From: an uncultured archaeon
GTDB lineage: Archaea > Hadarchaeota > Hadarchaeia > Hadarchaeales > Hadarchaeaceae
NCBI GenBank assembly: GCA_937921735.1
Contig: CAKZTQ010000032.1
Span: 32,169-96,168, forward strand
Direction: 5' to 3'
Length of the DNA stretch: 64,000 bases
Position 1 is the first letter of the stretch. The number at the start of each line of letters is the position of its first letter. Below, piece after piece: positions 40,263 through 50,034 of the stretch. Position numbers and translations under genes: made by a program. Under the pieces are notes generated by a model. That model was given only the letters and a program-made list of their open reading frames with translations, was not told the origin of the DNA and did not search any database.

Positions 40263-40797
40263 GCTTCAACGAGTAATAGGTAATATCCCCTTCGTCGTCC
40301 ACTATCGCGAAGAGCATCTCCTTCCGCACGCTGTGCGCCAACCTCACCGCTCGAGCGAGCTCTGCGGGCGTCAACCTCGCCCCCTCTGGCAGTGCGTGCA
40401 CTAAGTACTTGGAGTGGGTCTCGCCCGGTCTCTCGCCCCTATCGTAGACCCGGAAGTGCGCCCCGAACTTCAGCCCGGTCTTGACGATGTAGCCGCGAGA
40501 GCGCAGGTCGGAGTACAACAGGTACTTGAGCATGAGGTCGGGGTCGTGTCTCGCCAGCCTCGCGGCGAGCTCGTTGAACTTCAAGGGTTGTCCCGTCTCC
40601 CTGTCCACGACCTTGATCTTACCGCAGTCGAGCAGGTAGAGCGCCTCCACCGGCGCCAGCTGGAGCTTCCCTCCCGAAAGGGGCTTGCCGTACGCTCCGC
40701 GTTGGTAAAGTTGGTTTGCTTGGGCTTCGTCCCACACCATTATCTTATCCTTGTACCAGTAGGCCTCCGCCGGCGCCTCAGGGATCTCGGCTTCCAT
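40249..40797 (-). CDS. endA: tRNA splicing endonuclease (single catalytic unit, alpha4-like size)
   Basis: LRSRGYIVKTGLKFGAHFRVY, HSKYLVH, AHSVRK (Tyr/His/Lys triad). Confidence 0.93.
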   Translation of the reverse strand: MEAEIPEAPAEAYWYKDKIMVWDEAQANQLYQRGAYGKPLSGGKLQLAPVEALYLLDCGKIKVVDRETGQPLKFNELAARLARHDPDLMLKYLLYSDLRSRGYIVKTGLKFGAHFRVYDRGERPGETHSKYLVHALPEGARLTPAELARAVRLAHSVRKEMLFAIVDDEGDITYYSLKRERP

Positions 40798-40990
40798 ACC
40801 GTCCCCTAGGCTATGATTGCAGGTATCCGTTAAGAAGTTGTCGCTGGGGGCTCTTATCCAGCCGCCTTCTTTCAGCTCTTGGTAGCTCGAATTCCTCGAG
40901 ATGGACTTTGCCCTTAAAATAGCCGATTTTTAAACTTACCTCAAATTTTAAATATGGGTTCTCTAATATAATATATTGCCAAAATGGCGC

Positions 40991-41130
40991 TAATACCGGG
41001 CGGAACGGCCGAGACGATGGCGAAAACCTGAGGCTGAGGGGGTGGTTTTTCTCCATTCCTGCCGGCCTTCGAGCAGGGGGGAAGATGAGTCACCTCCATC
41101 TAAGTCCATGTGGCTGCCCGCCCGGTATTA
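40991..41130 (+). ncRNA. candidate structured RNA (or MITE) closed by a perfect 13-bp terminal stem
   Basis: TAATACCGGGCGG...CCGCCCGGTATTA, internal hairpins, TATA-like element about 25 nt upstream; family not recognised. Confidence 0.45.
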
Positions 41131-41213
41131 ACTGAAAATTTTGGTCATTGAGCGACGCTTGAATGGCTTATCGCTTCGATAGGCTCCGCGATTTTTAAAC
41201 GTCCGCGGGGACA

Positions 41214-43022
41214 ATGAAATCAGCGGTGTTCATGAAAAATCCGAGCTCCTTAGGTGACATGACGAAAGTTTTGGTCTCGACGGCGTTGGGTAGGGAGAAG
41301 GCAGACCTTGTGGTGAGGAATTCGAAATTGGTGAACGTCTACACCCGCGAGCTTCTTGTGGGCATCGATGTGGCAGTGAAGGGAGACAGGATAGCCCTCG
41401 TCGGCGACGCCACCCATGCAATTGGCCCGAGCACCGTCGTGATGGACGCGACGGACAAGTACCTCGCGCCGGGTTTTCTCGACGGCCACGTGCACGTGGA
41501 AAGCAGCATGTTGACGGTGACCCAATTCGCCAGAGTCGTCTTGCCGCGAGGGACGACCGGGGTATTCATCGACCCGCACGAGATCGCGAACGTCCTCGGC
41601 CTAGACGGGGTGAGGATGATGCTGGAGGAGTCGAGGGGTCTGCCGCTGAGGGTTTTCATCTGCATCCCGTCTTGCGTCCCCGCTATCTCGCCAGAGTTCG
41701 AGACGGCCGGGGCGGAGATCGGCCCGAAGGAGATAGGGGAGGCGCTCGGCTGGGAAGGCGTGGTCGCCTTAGGTGAGGTGATGAACTATCCCGGCGTGTT
41801 GGCGGGCGACGAAAGGATGCACCTCGAGATCCGAGCTGCGCTAAAGGCGGGAAAGGTCGTCGAGGGACACTCGAGCGGCCTCCTCGGCAAGGAGCTCGCC
41901 GCGTACGCAGCGGCTGGCATGAGCTCGTGCCACGAGTCGACTCAGGAGCTCGAGGCCCTGCAGAGGGCTAGGTTAGGGATGTGGGTGATGGCTAGGGAGG
42001 GCTCGGCCTGGCGCGACCTCGCCGACGTGATAAGGGCTTACACCGCGCGGGGCATCGACGGCAGGAGGTTCGTGCTGGTGAGCGACGACCGCCACCCGGA
42101 GGACCTCCTGCGGGAGGGCCACATGGACCACATACTTAGGCGCGCGGTCGAGGAGGGGGTCGATCCTCTTGCCGCCATTCAGATGGCCACCCTAAACACC
42201 GCCGAACACTTCGGGCTCGATCGTGACTTAGGAGGCATCGCTCCCGGCAAGTTCGCGGACATGGTTCTGTTGAGCAACCTCCACGAGTTCTCCGTCGACG
42301 CGGTCATCGCCGGCGGTAGGATGGTCGCTAAACGAGGAAGGCTCCTCGTTGACCTGCCTCGCTTCAGGTACCCCCAGCGAGCGAGGAGGACGATGAACGT
42401 GGGGGGTCGACTCACCCCTCGAGATCTAACCGTGAGGGCCCCTTTAGAACGAGGGAAGGTCAGGGTTCACGTGATCGGCGTCAGCGAGGGCAAGGTCACG
42501 ACGAGGCACCTCGTGGAGGAGCTCGAGGCGATCGACGGCGAGGTATCGCCGGACGCACGAAAGGACATCGCGAAGGTGGCCGTGGTGGAGAGGCACAAGG
42601 CGACGGGGAACATCGGCTTGGGATTCGTCAAGGGGTTTGAGCTCGAGCGCGGCGCCTTGGCCTCGACCGTCGCGCATGACAGCCACAACCTGCTGGTGAT
42701 GGGTGTGAACGACCACGACATGGCGTTCGCAGCGAACAAGCTGATCGAGGTGGGGGGAGGGATGGTCGCGGTTGGCGAGGGCAAGGTCCTAGCTCTGGTC
42801 GAGCTTCCGATAGCCGGGCTGATGTCGGAGAAGGGGGCGGAGGAGGTGAGCGAAGAAGTGGTGGCGCTGAAGGAGGCCTGGGCGAAGCTGGGGTGCAAGA
42901 TGGTCTCGCCGTTCATGACCATGTCCTTGCTCGCCCTGCCCGTGCTGCCCGAGCTCAGGATCACCGACAAGGGGCTAATCGACACCGTCGAATTTAGGAG
43001 GATTTCCACGTTGGTTCAATGA
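41214..43022 (+). CDS. ade: adenine deaminase
   Basis: DGHVHVESSM, DPHEIANV, EVMNYPGV, REGSA, STVAHDSHN, PELRITDKG. Confidence 0.95.
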   Translation: MKSAVFMKNPSSLGDMTKVLVSTALGREKADLVVRNSKLVNVYTRELLVGIDVAVKGDRIALVGDATHAIGPSTVVMDATDKYLAPGFLDGHVHVESSMLTVTQFARVVLPRGTTGVFIDPHEIANVLGLDGVRMMLEESRGLPLRVFICIPSCVPAISPEFETAGAEIGPKEIGEALGWEGVVALGEVMNYPGVLAGDERMHLEIRAALKAGKVVEGHSSGLLGKELAAYAAAGMSSCHESTQELEALQRARLGMWVMAREGSAWRDLADVIRAYTARGIDGRRFVLVSDDRHPEDLLREGHMDHILRRAVEEGVDPLAAIQMATLNTAEHFGLDRDLGGIAPGKFADMVLLSNLHEFSVDAVIAGGRMVAKRGRLLVDLPRFRYPQRARRTMNVGGRLTPRDLTVRAPLERGKVRVHVIGVSEGKVTTRHLVEELEAIDGEVSPDARKDIAKVAVVERHKATGNIGLGFVKGFELERGALASTVAHDSHNLLVMGVNDHDMAFAANKLIEVGGGMVAVGEGKVLALVELPIAGLMSEKGAEEVSEEVVALKEAWAKLGCKMVSPFMTMSLLALPVLPELRITDKGLIDTVEFRRISTLVQ

Positions 43023-43233
43023 ACCTCAGTTTCACCGGTGCCTTAACGTTAACGACGAGCGAAACGTGGTACCACATCCAAATTGGCGGCGGGGGCATAT
43101 TCTTTTATCACTGTTTTATATCTTTCCCGTGCCAAACTTTCTATAATCGCTTTAAACACATTTTCGGCTTTTTCTTTGTCTTGGCATAATTTGCAGAAGA
43201 AATCAATAGCAAAATGAGCATGTTTGAGAATGA

Positions 43234-43506
43234 CTAGGCTATCCTATAGCCATTTTCATCGTAGCAACGGGAAATCATCTTATTAAGCTTTCTATAAAAT
43301 TTTACAACAGCAGACTCATTTTTACCTTTCCGTGGAATTACGTTCATTATTTCACACCACCCGTTCCCTGTGTCCCAATATACAACATCTACAGATTTAC
43401 CACTTGCTTTCCATGCACGCCATCCATATTCTGGAACATGTTTATGAAGTCCATTACAGCCTATTACTGCAGAAAGTATTTCACTTTCCACTTCTACCAT
43501 ATTCAT
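43234..43506 (-). CDS. hypothetical protein (AT-rich island)
   Basis: 90-aa ORF with SD just downstream of the nuclease gene. Confidence 0.55.
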   Translation of the reverse strand: MNMVEVESEILSAVIGCNGLHKHVPEYGWRAWKASGKSVDVVYWDTGNGWCEIMNVIPRKGKNESAVVKFYRKLNKMISRCYDENGYRIA

Positions 43507-43511
43507 CGCTC

Positions 43512-44483
43512 CTAGTCTACTCTCGAAATTTGAAGATTAAATAATAACTCGCTAACCGAATACTGTTTTTGCAAATCAAAATTTTGAAAGGAATAGAGGA
43601 AGCAATCAATCATCTTGTTTTTTGCTTCTTTCATAACTTTTTTCGATACTTTTCTGCCTATCAGAATTCCTTTTTCGCATTCTTCCCCCAATTCAAACAT
43701 ATATTTTTTAAGTTGTTCAACATCTCTTTTTTGTAAAGCACCCATTTTAATCTCGGCAATCAATTTTTTGCAATACCCTTTGGGCGAACTTTCTTTAATT
43801 AAGATATCAACGTGGCCTTCTGGAAAGGCTTTTTCGCCCAATACCTCGAAATCCTCCGCGGAAAGTGCACTAAGTCCTAAAGAGTTGAAAATTTGTTGGA
43901 GGTTTTCTCTTTGAGAAAGCCAGTGCCGTATCAGCGATTGAAGAATAAATTCGTGGAAAGGAAAAATCTGAGGTGGGTTGGACATTTTTCTATCAAATAC
44001 AAACAGAGGTTCAAATTCCTGAAAATCCTCCTCAAAAATGAATGTAGGACTTTTATAAGGTTCTCCAATTTGAGAAACGGCCTGGAGCGTCGTCAGATCT
44101 GCTTGAAAATGGGTTTTTCGATAGCCTCCCCTTAAAAGCAAATTTTCTGCTACATAAGCAAATTCTGGTTTAATCATCGACTCCGTGAATTCCCTGAGCG
44201 GCTTCAAAGAAATTCGAAAAGGAAAGTAATAGGTATGACCAGACATTTTGAAAGTTACGGGTGGCCAAGGGCCAACCCTATCGGCATCCTTTATGGCAAA
44301 TTTTCGCTCAACTCTATATAGATTAAATACTTTTGCCCCATACAAAAAAGAAACAAAATCTCCCTCATCGATTTCCGAAAATGTCCACACGCCGTTGATG
44401 CTATTTGTAAAGCCTGCCAATGCGTATTTGATACATAACTCCAAATTTGTTTTGTTTGAAACGGAAATTAAAAAATACGACAT
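43512..44483 (-). CDS. EVE/PUA-like domain + PD-(D/E)xK (NucS/DUF91-like) nuclease
   Basis: N-terminal N.....G...IDEGDFVSFLY...FPFRI (EVE-like); C-terminal E..LQ, GHVDIL, AEIK, QLKKY. Confidence 0.6.
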   Translation of the reverse strand: MSYFLISVSNKTNLELCIKYALAGFTNSINGVWTFSEIDEGDFVSFLYGAKVFNLYRVERKFAIKDADRVGPWPPVTFKMSGHTYYFPFRISLKPLREFTESMIKPEFAYVAENLLLRGGYRKTHFQADLTTLQAVSQIGEPYKSPTFIFEEDFQEFEPLFVFDRKMSNPPQIFPFHEFILQSLIRHWLSQRENLQQIFNSLGLSALSAEDFEVLGEKAFPEGHVDILIKESSPKGYCKKLIAEIKMGALQKRDVEQLKKYMFELGEECEKGILIGRKVSKKVMKEAKNKMIDCFLYSFQNFDLQKQYSVSELLFNLQISRVD

Positions 44484-44642
44484 ATTGCATCCCTCTCTTA
44501 TTTAACTAAAATGTAGGTAAATTTAAAGACATGTGGCACGAAGGAGACCAATTTGCGATTACATGAGCCAAAAATAAGGGCCTCTAGCCGGTCTGTCAAA
44601 AAGGCGATCACCTTGAGAGTTCCCTCAAAGACGGTCTGCGCA

Positions 44643-44720
<78 letters not shown>

Positions 44721-44808
44721 AAGAAATCTTCTCCGTCGAATTAATAAAGAATCATCTCCTCGCTCCATCGCCAAAAAAGAGCGACGCAGCGAGGATGGCC
44801 AGCGCCCG

Positions 44809-46110
44809 TCATATGGGCTTCATGTAGCCCCATTTGTCCAAGGCCGCCTTCAACTCCTTGTGGGTCTCGGCGTACTCGTCTAGGCTCACTCCCTTCTTGT
44901 ACGCCTCGATGGCCTGCACCACCGCCCTAGCCCCGGCTTCGATGCCCATCGGATGCCCCTGCGTCCCCCCGCCGACCTGTACGACGATGTCGGTAGTGCC
45001 GTAGATCTTGAACAGCTCGGGCAGGAGGCCGGGGTGAAGGCCACCGGAGGCGACTGGGAGCATAGGCTTGATCTTACCCCATTTCTGAGGCATCCTCAGC
45101 CCGGGGATCTCGTCCACCTCCTGCTGCGTGATCATCTCCTTCGTGGCGATGATCTCCCTCTCCTCGCCCGCCAGCTTCCCGACGACGGTGCCTATGTGGA
45201 GCTGATCTATGCCCGCCAGCCTCATCAGCTTAGCGAGGAAGAGCATGGACATGCCGTGCTTTGGGTTCCTCGTCATCATCGCGTGCATGGCCCTATGCCC
45301 ATGGATCGCCATGTCGTAGTCGTGGGCGAGCTCGGTCGCGGTCTGCACGGCGGTGAAGCCGCTCACGACGACGTCGATCATGAAATACCTGAACCCATGG
45401 TCATGGACCAGCTTTACCCTCCGCTCGAGCTCCTTCAGGTTTGGCGACGTCACGTTGAGGAATGCCTCCTTGACCTCGCCCGTCTCCTTCTCGGCTTTAT
45501 CCCTGTACTTCGCCACGAGCTCCACCCTCCTCTCGAACCTGTTGAACTTCTGATTCGTGAGGTTCTCGTCGTCCTTTATGCAGTCCATCCCTCCCCTCCA
45601 CACGGCGTACGCCACCTTCGCCGCGTGTTCGAAGGCGGTGTAGCCGATCTTGGGCTTCGGCACCACCGCGGTTATCGGCCCGGACTTCCTCTTGAAGATC
45701 CTCCTTATAGCATCCCTCCCGTAGGTGGGCCCCTTGAAGTGCTTTATGTACTCCAGCGGCAACTCAGCGTCGATCAGCCTGAGGTTCTGCACCGCCTTCA
45801 TGCCGTAGACGTTGCCCCCGAACCCGCTCATCATGCCGGCGATGGACCCCTCCTCAAAGATCAAAAGCGGGTAGGCGATCTTCACGTAGCGTTCGTCGTA
45901 GTAGTACGCGTACGCCTTCACCTTGGGCAGGAGCTTGGGAAGCGTCGTCAACGTGGTCCAGGTGCCAGACGAGCTCTCTGAGGCTATCCTGCCTATGGCA
46001 TCCTCCTTGCTCACGCCCGGCGCCGGCTCGTAGTAGAAAAGCACCTTGACGTCGGTCCTCGATGGTCTATACTTGGTGTCCACGAACTCATGATACCATT
46101 CGATCTTCAT
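44809..46110 (-). CDS. rbcL: form III RuBisCO large subunit (III-b-like)
   Basis: ESSSGTW, GNVYGMK, KPKIG, KDDENL, HGHRAMH, GTVVGKL, SGGLHPG; N-terminus resembles Pyrococcus-type enzymes. Confidence 0.93.
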   Translation of the reverse strand: MKIEWYHEFVDTKYRPSRTDVKVLFYYEPAPGVSKEDAIGRIASESSSGTWTTLTTLPKLLPKVKAYAYYYDERYVKIAYPLLIFEEGSIAGMMSGFGGNVYGMKAVQNLRLIDAELPLEYIKHFKGPTYGRDAIRRIFKRKSGPITAVVPKPKIGYTAFEHAAKVAYAVWRGGMDCIKDDENLTNQKFNRFERRVELVAKYRDKAEKETGEVKEAFLNVTSPNLKELERRVKLVHDHGFRYFMIDVVVSGFTAVQTATELAHDYDMAIHGHRAMHAMMTRNPKHGMSMLFLAKLMRLAGIDQLHIGTVVGKLAGEEREIIATKEMITQQEVDEIPGLRMPQKWGKIKPMLPVASGGLHPGLLPELFKIYGTTDIVVQVGGGTQGHPMGIEAGARAVVQAIEAYKKGVSLDEYAETHKELKAALDKWGYMKPI

Positions 46111-46126
46111 GCTTCGACCTCAGCAT

Positions 46127-46318
46127 CTACTTCTTGAATCTCGCTATCTCGTCCATTAGGTCCACGCTCGTCAGCATCGTGGAGCGGCAACAATAGCGTG
46201 TTAGCCCTAAGTCATCGAGCACGCGCGCGGGTCGCTCGCCCTTCGCCACCCTGCGCTCGAACTCCTCGAACTTATCCCCCAGCAGCTTGCCACAGGTGAA
46301 ACAGCGGATGGGCTTCAC
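46127..46318 (-). CDS. rpoN: RNA polymerase subunit N (Rpo10)
   Basis: PIRCFTCGK...LDDLG..RYCCR. Confidence 0.96.
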   Translation of the reverse strand: MKPIRCFTCGKLLGDKFEEFERRVAKGERPARVLDDLGLTRYCCRSTMLTSVDLMDEIARFKK

Positions 46319-46322
46319 GTCC

Positions 46323-46721
46323 TCACCTGTACGACTTTTGGAACTTAGCCCTAGCCCCGGGTCCTCCTGGCTTCTTGGGCTCCTTGAAGCGCACGTCGCT
46401 TTTTATCAGCGTCCAGTCGTGCTGCTTGAAGAGCTCGCGCAGCTTGGCATCGCCTGACCACTCGATCAGCCCCCTCGCGATCGCCGTTCGAGCTGCGTCC
46501 GCTTGTCCCATGAATCCGCCTCCGCTGACCTTGACCTCGATATCCACCTTCTTCGCGATCTCCGGAGCTAGCACTAAGGGCTCCATGATTCGCAGTCTCG
46601 CCAGTTCGGGCTCGTGTGCCTCGATGGAGCGGTTGTTGATGACAACCCTGCCCTTCCCATCTCTAATCGTGGCTCGCGCGATCGCTGCCTTCCTCCTCCC
46701 GACGGCTAGGACGATCCTCAA
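46323..46721 (-). CDS. rpsI: 30S ribosomal protein S9
   Basis: GRRK.AIARA, GGGFMGQA, KKPGGPGARAKFQKSYR. Confidence 0.97.
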   Translation of the reverse strand: MRIVLAVGRRKAAIARATIRDGKGRVVINNRSIEAHEPELARLRIMEPLVLAPEIAKKVDIEVKVSGGGFMGQADAARTAIARGLIEWSGDAKLRELFKQHDWTLIKSDVRFKEPKKPGGPGARAKFQKSYR

Positions 46722-46730
46722 TTCTCACAC

Positions 46731-47171
46731 CTAAAACTTTGCTCCTAGGTGTTGGCTAAGTTCCCCCACTCTAATAAACCATTCGGTGCGGAGGCGACTG
46801 AGGTGGGCGTCGGGGATGCTTTCGAACTTCATGTCCTTGAGCTCCGGGGGCACGCCCGTGTAAACCCTGAGGCGGCGGTATGCCTCGCGACCCCTGGGCT
46901 TGTCGAACGGAAGCATGCCACGCACGGTTAGCCTTACGAGTGCGTCCGGGCGTCTCGGGTGGAAGGGACCCTTCTTAGGGTTTACGAGGTTCCTGATCTC
47001 CATCCAAGCGTCGTAGGCCTTAAACGTCGCCTCCCTCTTGCCCGAGATCACCGCCCTCTCGGCGTTCACTATTGCCACCCTTTCGCCCTCGAGCAAGCGC
47101 TTGGCCACGAAGCTGGCCATCCTGCCCAAGATCAAGTCGGTGGCGTCGATGACGAGCATCTTCTCACCCAA
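46731..47171 (-). CDS. rplM: 50S ribosomal protein L13
   Basis: IDATDLILGRMAS, GPFHPRRPD, VRGMLP. Confidence 0.97.
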   Translation of the reverse strand: MGEKMLVIDATDLILGRMASFVAKRLLEGERVAIVNAERAVISGKREATFKAYDAWMEIRNLVNPKKGPFHPRRPDALVRLTVRGMLPFDKPRGREAYRRLRVYTGVPPELKDMKFESIPDAHLSRLRTEWFIRVGELSQHLGAKF

Positions 47172-47529
47172 TTATCACCACGTTTTTTCCCTCGGGGTTT
47201 TGCTCCAGCAGCTGTTGAATGGTGAGCGCCCTCCCGCCCGCCTCGAGGATCTTGCGGCGGGCGGTTTGCGAGAACTTGAACGCGGCCACGCAGATGGGGC
47301 GGTCGAGCCTCCCGGCGCCCAAGACCTTGCCCGGTACGACCGCTATACATCCATCCTTACAATGGCGATTGAGGTGGCTGAGGTTGACCTCTGCTCGGCT
47401 GCGGCGTGGCTTGGAGAGCCTCTCCGCTAGGTCGCGCCAAAGCGTCGAGTTCGTCTCCTTCCCTTTCGAGCGGAGCTGGCGCAGCAGCTTGCGCAGGATT
47501 GGGTTCGTAGGGCCTGTGGGCTTGGGCAT
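47164..47529 (-). CDS. rpl18e: 50S ribosomal protein L18e
   Basis: TNP.L..L, W..LAERL.KPRR..AEVNLS, VVPGKVLGAG; ATG at 47529. Confidence 0.95.
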   Translation of the reverse strand: MPKPTGPTNPILRKLLRQLRSKGKETNSTLWRDLAERLSKPRRSRAEVNLSHLNRHCKDGCIAVVPGKVLGAGRLDRPICVAAFKFSQTARRKILEAGGRALTIQQLLEQNPEGKNVVIIG

Positions 47530-47643
47530 CTTCGGCACCCGCCTCAGCTTTCGACACCTTCTTTGAGCACGTTCTAATAAGCTTACCCTTGGGCGAGACC
47601 AAAGGTAATTTATCGACGAAGCGAATATTTTTCTGGCGAGCGG

Positions 47644-48969
47644 ATGCCCCTCGCGGTCAAGTGGCTGAAGGACCTGATCCCGCCAAAGCTCGCGAGCGAG
47701 CTGGAGCCCCCAGTGTTGAGCATCGAGGTGGCTAGAGCTCCCTCCAGCTCCCTCTGCCTGCTGTGCAAGGGAGGCCGCATGCTCTGCGGTAAGCTTAGAT
47801 GTCCGATCATAGCTAAGGCCCAATCGCTGGCGAGGTGCAGCGCGAGGATAGAATCGGAGAGGATAGAGGGGTCGACGCCGCCAGGCGTGTTCGTGGGGCG
47901 GATAGGTTACCCAAAGGTGTACGTCGGCCCCATGGTGCCCCCCTACTTCGGCGACACCTCCATCCTAGACGAGCCCGAGCTCTGGGTCGGCAAGACCATA
48001 AACGAGATCATGGACTACCGCTTCTCGCTGGTGAGGGGCAAGGTCAGGGCGAGCGTGTTCGACGCGCCATCGGGCGGGGGGACGCTGGGCTTGCTTCAGG
48101 AGCTGGCGATGAGCACCAGTCCCATCGACTCCGAGGCGGTGTTCGCGAGGAGGCCACGAGGTGTGATCACCCTGAGCGAGGACACGCCGCCTTTTGGGCC
48201 GTCCGCCCCGCTCAAGTCCTTCAGGGCGGCGGAGGTCAAGGTGGACAGGAGGATAGAGAAGGCCTTCTACGATCGGGACCTGAGGGCGACGGAGGCGGTG
48301 GTGGATCTTTACTCCGAAGGGGTTTCGGTCACCAAGCTTCAACGGGCCTTCAGCTTGGGCATGTTCGGCGTGAGGTCTAGGCGAAGGCTCGTGCCGACGC
48401 GATGGAGCATAACCGCGGTCGACAGCATCCTGTCGCAGGCCCTCATCGACGAGGTGAAGCAGTACGACACCATCGACGAGTACCGCGTCTACTCGTTCGA
48501 GAACCTCGACAACCTCTACGTGGCGATACTCATGCCTGAGCGATGGAGCTTCGAGTGGATCGAGTGCTGGTTCCCGGGCACCACCTGGAACCCCGACGCC
48601 GGAGCCAGCCCAGCGATGATGGGGGACCACGAGTACTACTGGGGTAGGACGACTTATCCAGACGTCGGCGGGTGCTACTACGCTTGCAGGTTGGCGGTGG
48701 CGGAGAGGCTCAGCCGGGAGCGCAGGCAGGCGTCGGCGCTCGTTCTGCGGGAGATCCACCCGGGCTACATCCTACCCGTGGGCGTCTGGAACGTGCGCGA
48801 GAGCGTCCGCGCGATGCTTAGGGCGGAGCCCAAGAGGTTCGACGACCTGCAGGCCGCTTTGAACCACGCGTGCTCAAAGCTCACGGTCCCCCTTCGAAGG
48901 TGGATCGAGAGCAGCGAGCTGCTGAAGCGAGCGTTGTTCCAGAGGAAGATCACGGAGTTCTCACCATGA
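47644..48969 (+). CDS. nreA: Nre family DNA repair protein
   Basis: CLLCKG..LCG..CP, GSTPPGVFVG, LVPTRWSITAVD, PVGVW.VRE, C-terminal PIP-like QRKITEF. Confidence 0.9.
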   Translation: MPLAVKWLKDLIPPKLASELEPPVLSIEVARAPSSSLCLLCKGGRMLCGKLRCPIIAKAQSLARCSARIESERIEGSTPPGVFVGRIGYPKVYVGPMVPPYFGDTSILDEPELWVGKTINEIMDYRFSLVRGKVRASVFDAPSGGGTLGLLQELAMSTSPIDSEAVFARRPRGVITLSEDTPPFGPSAPLKSFRAAEVKVDRRIEKAFYDRDLRATEAVVDLYSEGVSVTKLQRAFSLGMFGVRSRRRLVPTRWSITAVDSILSQALIDEVKQYDTIDEYRVYSFENLDNLYVAILMPERWSFEWIECWFPGTTWNPDAGASPAMMGDHEYYWGRTTYPDVGGCYYACRLAVAERLSRERRQASALVLREIHPGYILPVGVWNVRESVRAMLRAEPKRFDDLQAALNHACSKLTVPLRRWIESSELLKRALFQRKITEFSP

Positions 48970-49832
48970 GCGTCGAGTATTCGTCGATCACCTGCAGGAC
49001 CGCGCTCTCGCCGAGCAAGTTGCCGGGACTGAAGTACTCGCTCAACCCATACGTGGGCTGCGAGCACGGCTGCATCTACTGCTACAGCAGGTCCATCTTC
49101 AGGGACAGGGAGCTCGCCCTGCGGTGGGGAAGGTTCGTCAGGGCAAAGCAAAACATCCCGGAGCTCCTTTCGCGAGAGATAAAGCGCAAGCCTAAGGGGG
49201 TCATAGGGCTGAGCACCATCACCGACCCCTATCAACCCCTCGAGGCCAAGCTGGGGCTGACGAGGAGGTGCTTGGAGGTCCTCTCGAGGCACGAGTTCCC
49301 GGTGTCGATCCAGACGAAGTCCGACCTCGTGCTCCGCGACGCGGACTTGGTAAAGCCCGGAAGGTTCGACGTGGGGGTGACGATAACCACCATGGACGAG
49401 GATCTCGCGAGGAAGATCGAGCCTAAGTCGCCCAGCCCCGATGCGAGGGCGCAGGTGGTGGAGGAGTTCGCCTCGCGGGGCGTGGAGACGTGGGTGTTCC
49501 TCGGCCCCATCATACCCGAGATAAACGACGACGCACCGAGCATCGAGCGGGTGATCGAGGTGGCTAGGAGGAGCGGGAGCAAGCTCATGTACGACAAGTT
49601 GAACCTCAGGGCTTGGGTGCTGGAATCCATCGCGCCCTTCCTCGAGGAGGAGAGACCGGGGCTCGTTGATAGGCTGCCCTCGCTCCTCACCGCTGGGTCC
49701 GACTACTGGCGCAGGATCTCATCGCTTGTCGAGGGACTCTGCGCCGAGCGAGCCGTCCGCTGCGAGCCCGCCTTCCCTAGCTGGGCGTGCGAGGTCCCGT
49801 CCAAGAGGCAGGCCACGCCATCCAAAAGGTAA
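48966..49832 (+). CDS. radical SAM protein (spore photoproduct lyase-like family)
   Basis: LNPYVGCEHGCIYCY, TDPYQP.E, QTKS; translationally coupled to nreA. Confidence 0.88.
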   Translation: MSVEYSSITCRTALSPSKLPGLKYSLNPYVGCEHGCIYCYSRSIFRDRELALRWGRFVRAKQNIPELLSREIKRKPKGVIGLSTITDPYQPLEAKLGLTRRCLEVLSRHEFPVSIQTKSDLVLRDADLVKPGRFDVGVTITTMDEDLARKIEPKSPSPDARAQVVEEFASRGVETWVFLGPIIPEINDDAPSIERVIEVARRSGSKLMYDKLNLRAWVLESIAPFLEEERPGLVDRLPSLLTAGSDYWRRISSLVEGLCAERAVRCEPAFPSWACEVPSKRQATPSKR

Positions 49833-50034
49833 GATACTCGACCATTTTCGCGTAGAGGCAACTTTTAAAAAGTTTTGGACGATTTGGGGCAGGAAATCGA
49901 CGAAATCAAAAGAATTGAGATTTATGAAGGGCCAAAAATCTATCAAATGAACGGTTTTTGAAGAATTGGTAAATACTCCTGGAAACAATGGACCGATAGC
50001 CGCGCGAGCGCGCGGGCTAGAAGAGGTGGGAAGG

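Noticed and set aside
40811-41056. 81-aa minus-strand ORF upstream of endA
   Set aside because: It crosses promoter-like AT tracts and the structured element and has no recognisable motifs.
44953-45981. Long antisense ORFs (for example 342 aa opposite rbcL, 301 aa opposite atpB)
   Set aside because: These are shadow ORFs expected from high-GC codon usage of the real genes.
47530-47823. Apparent long N-terminal extension of L18e
   Set aside because: Homology begins at ATG 47529; the extension overlaps nreA on the opposite strand.
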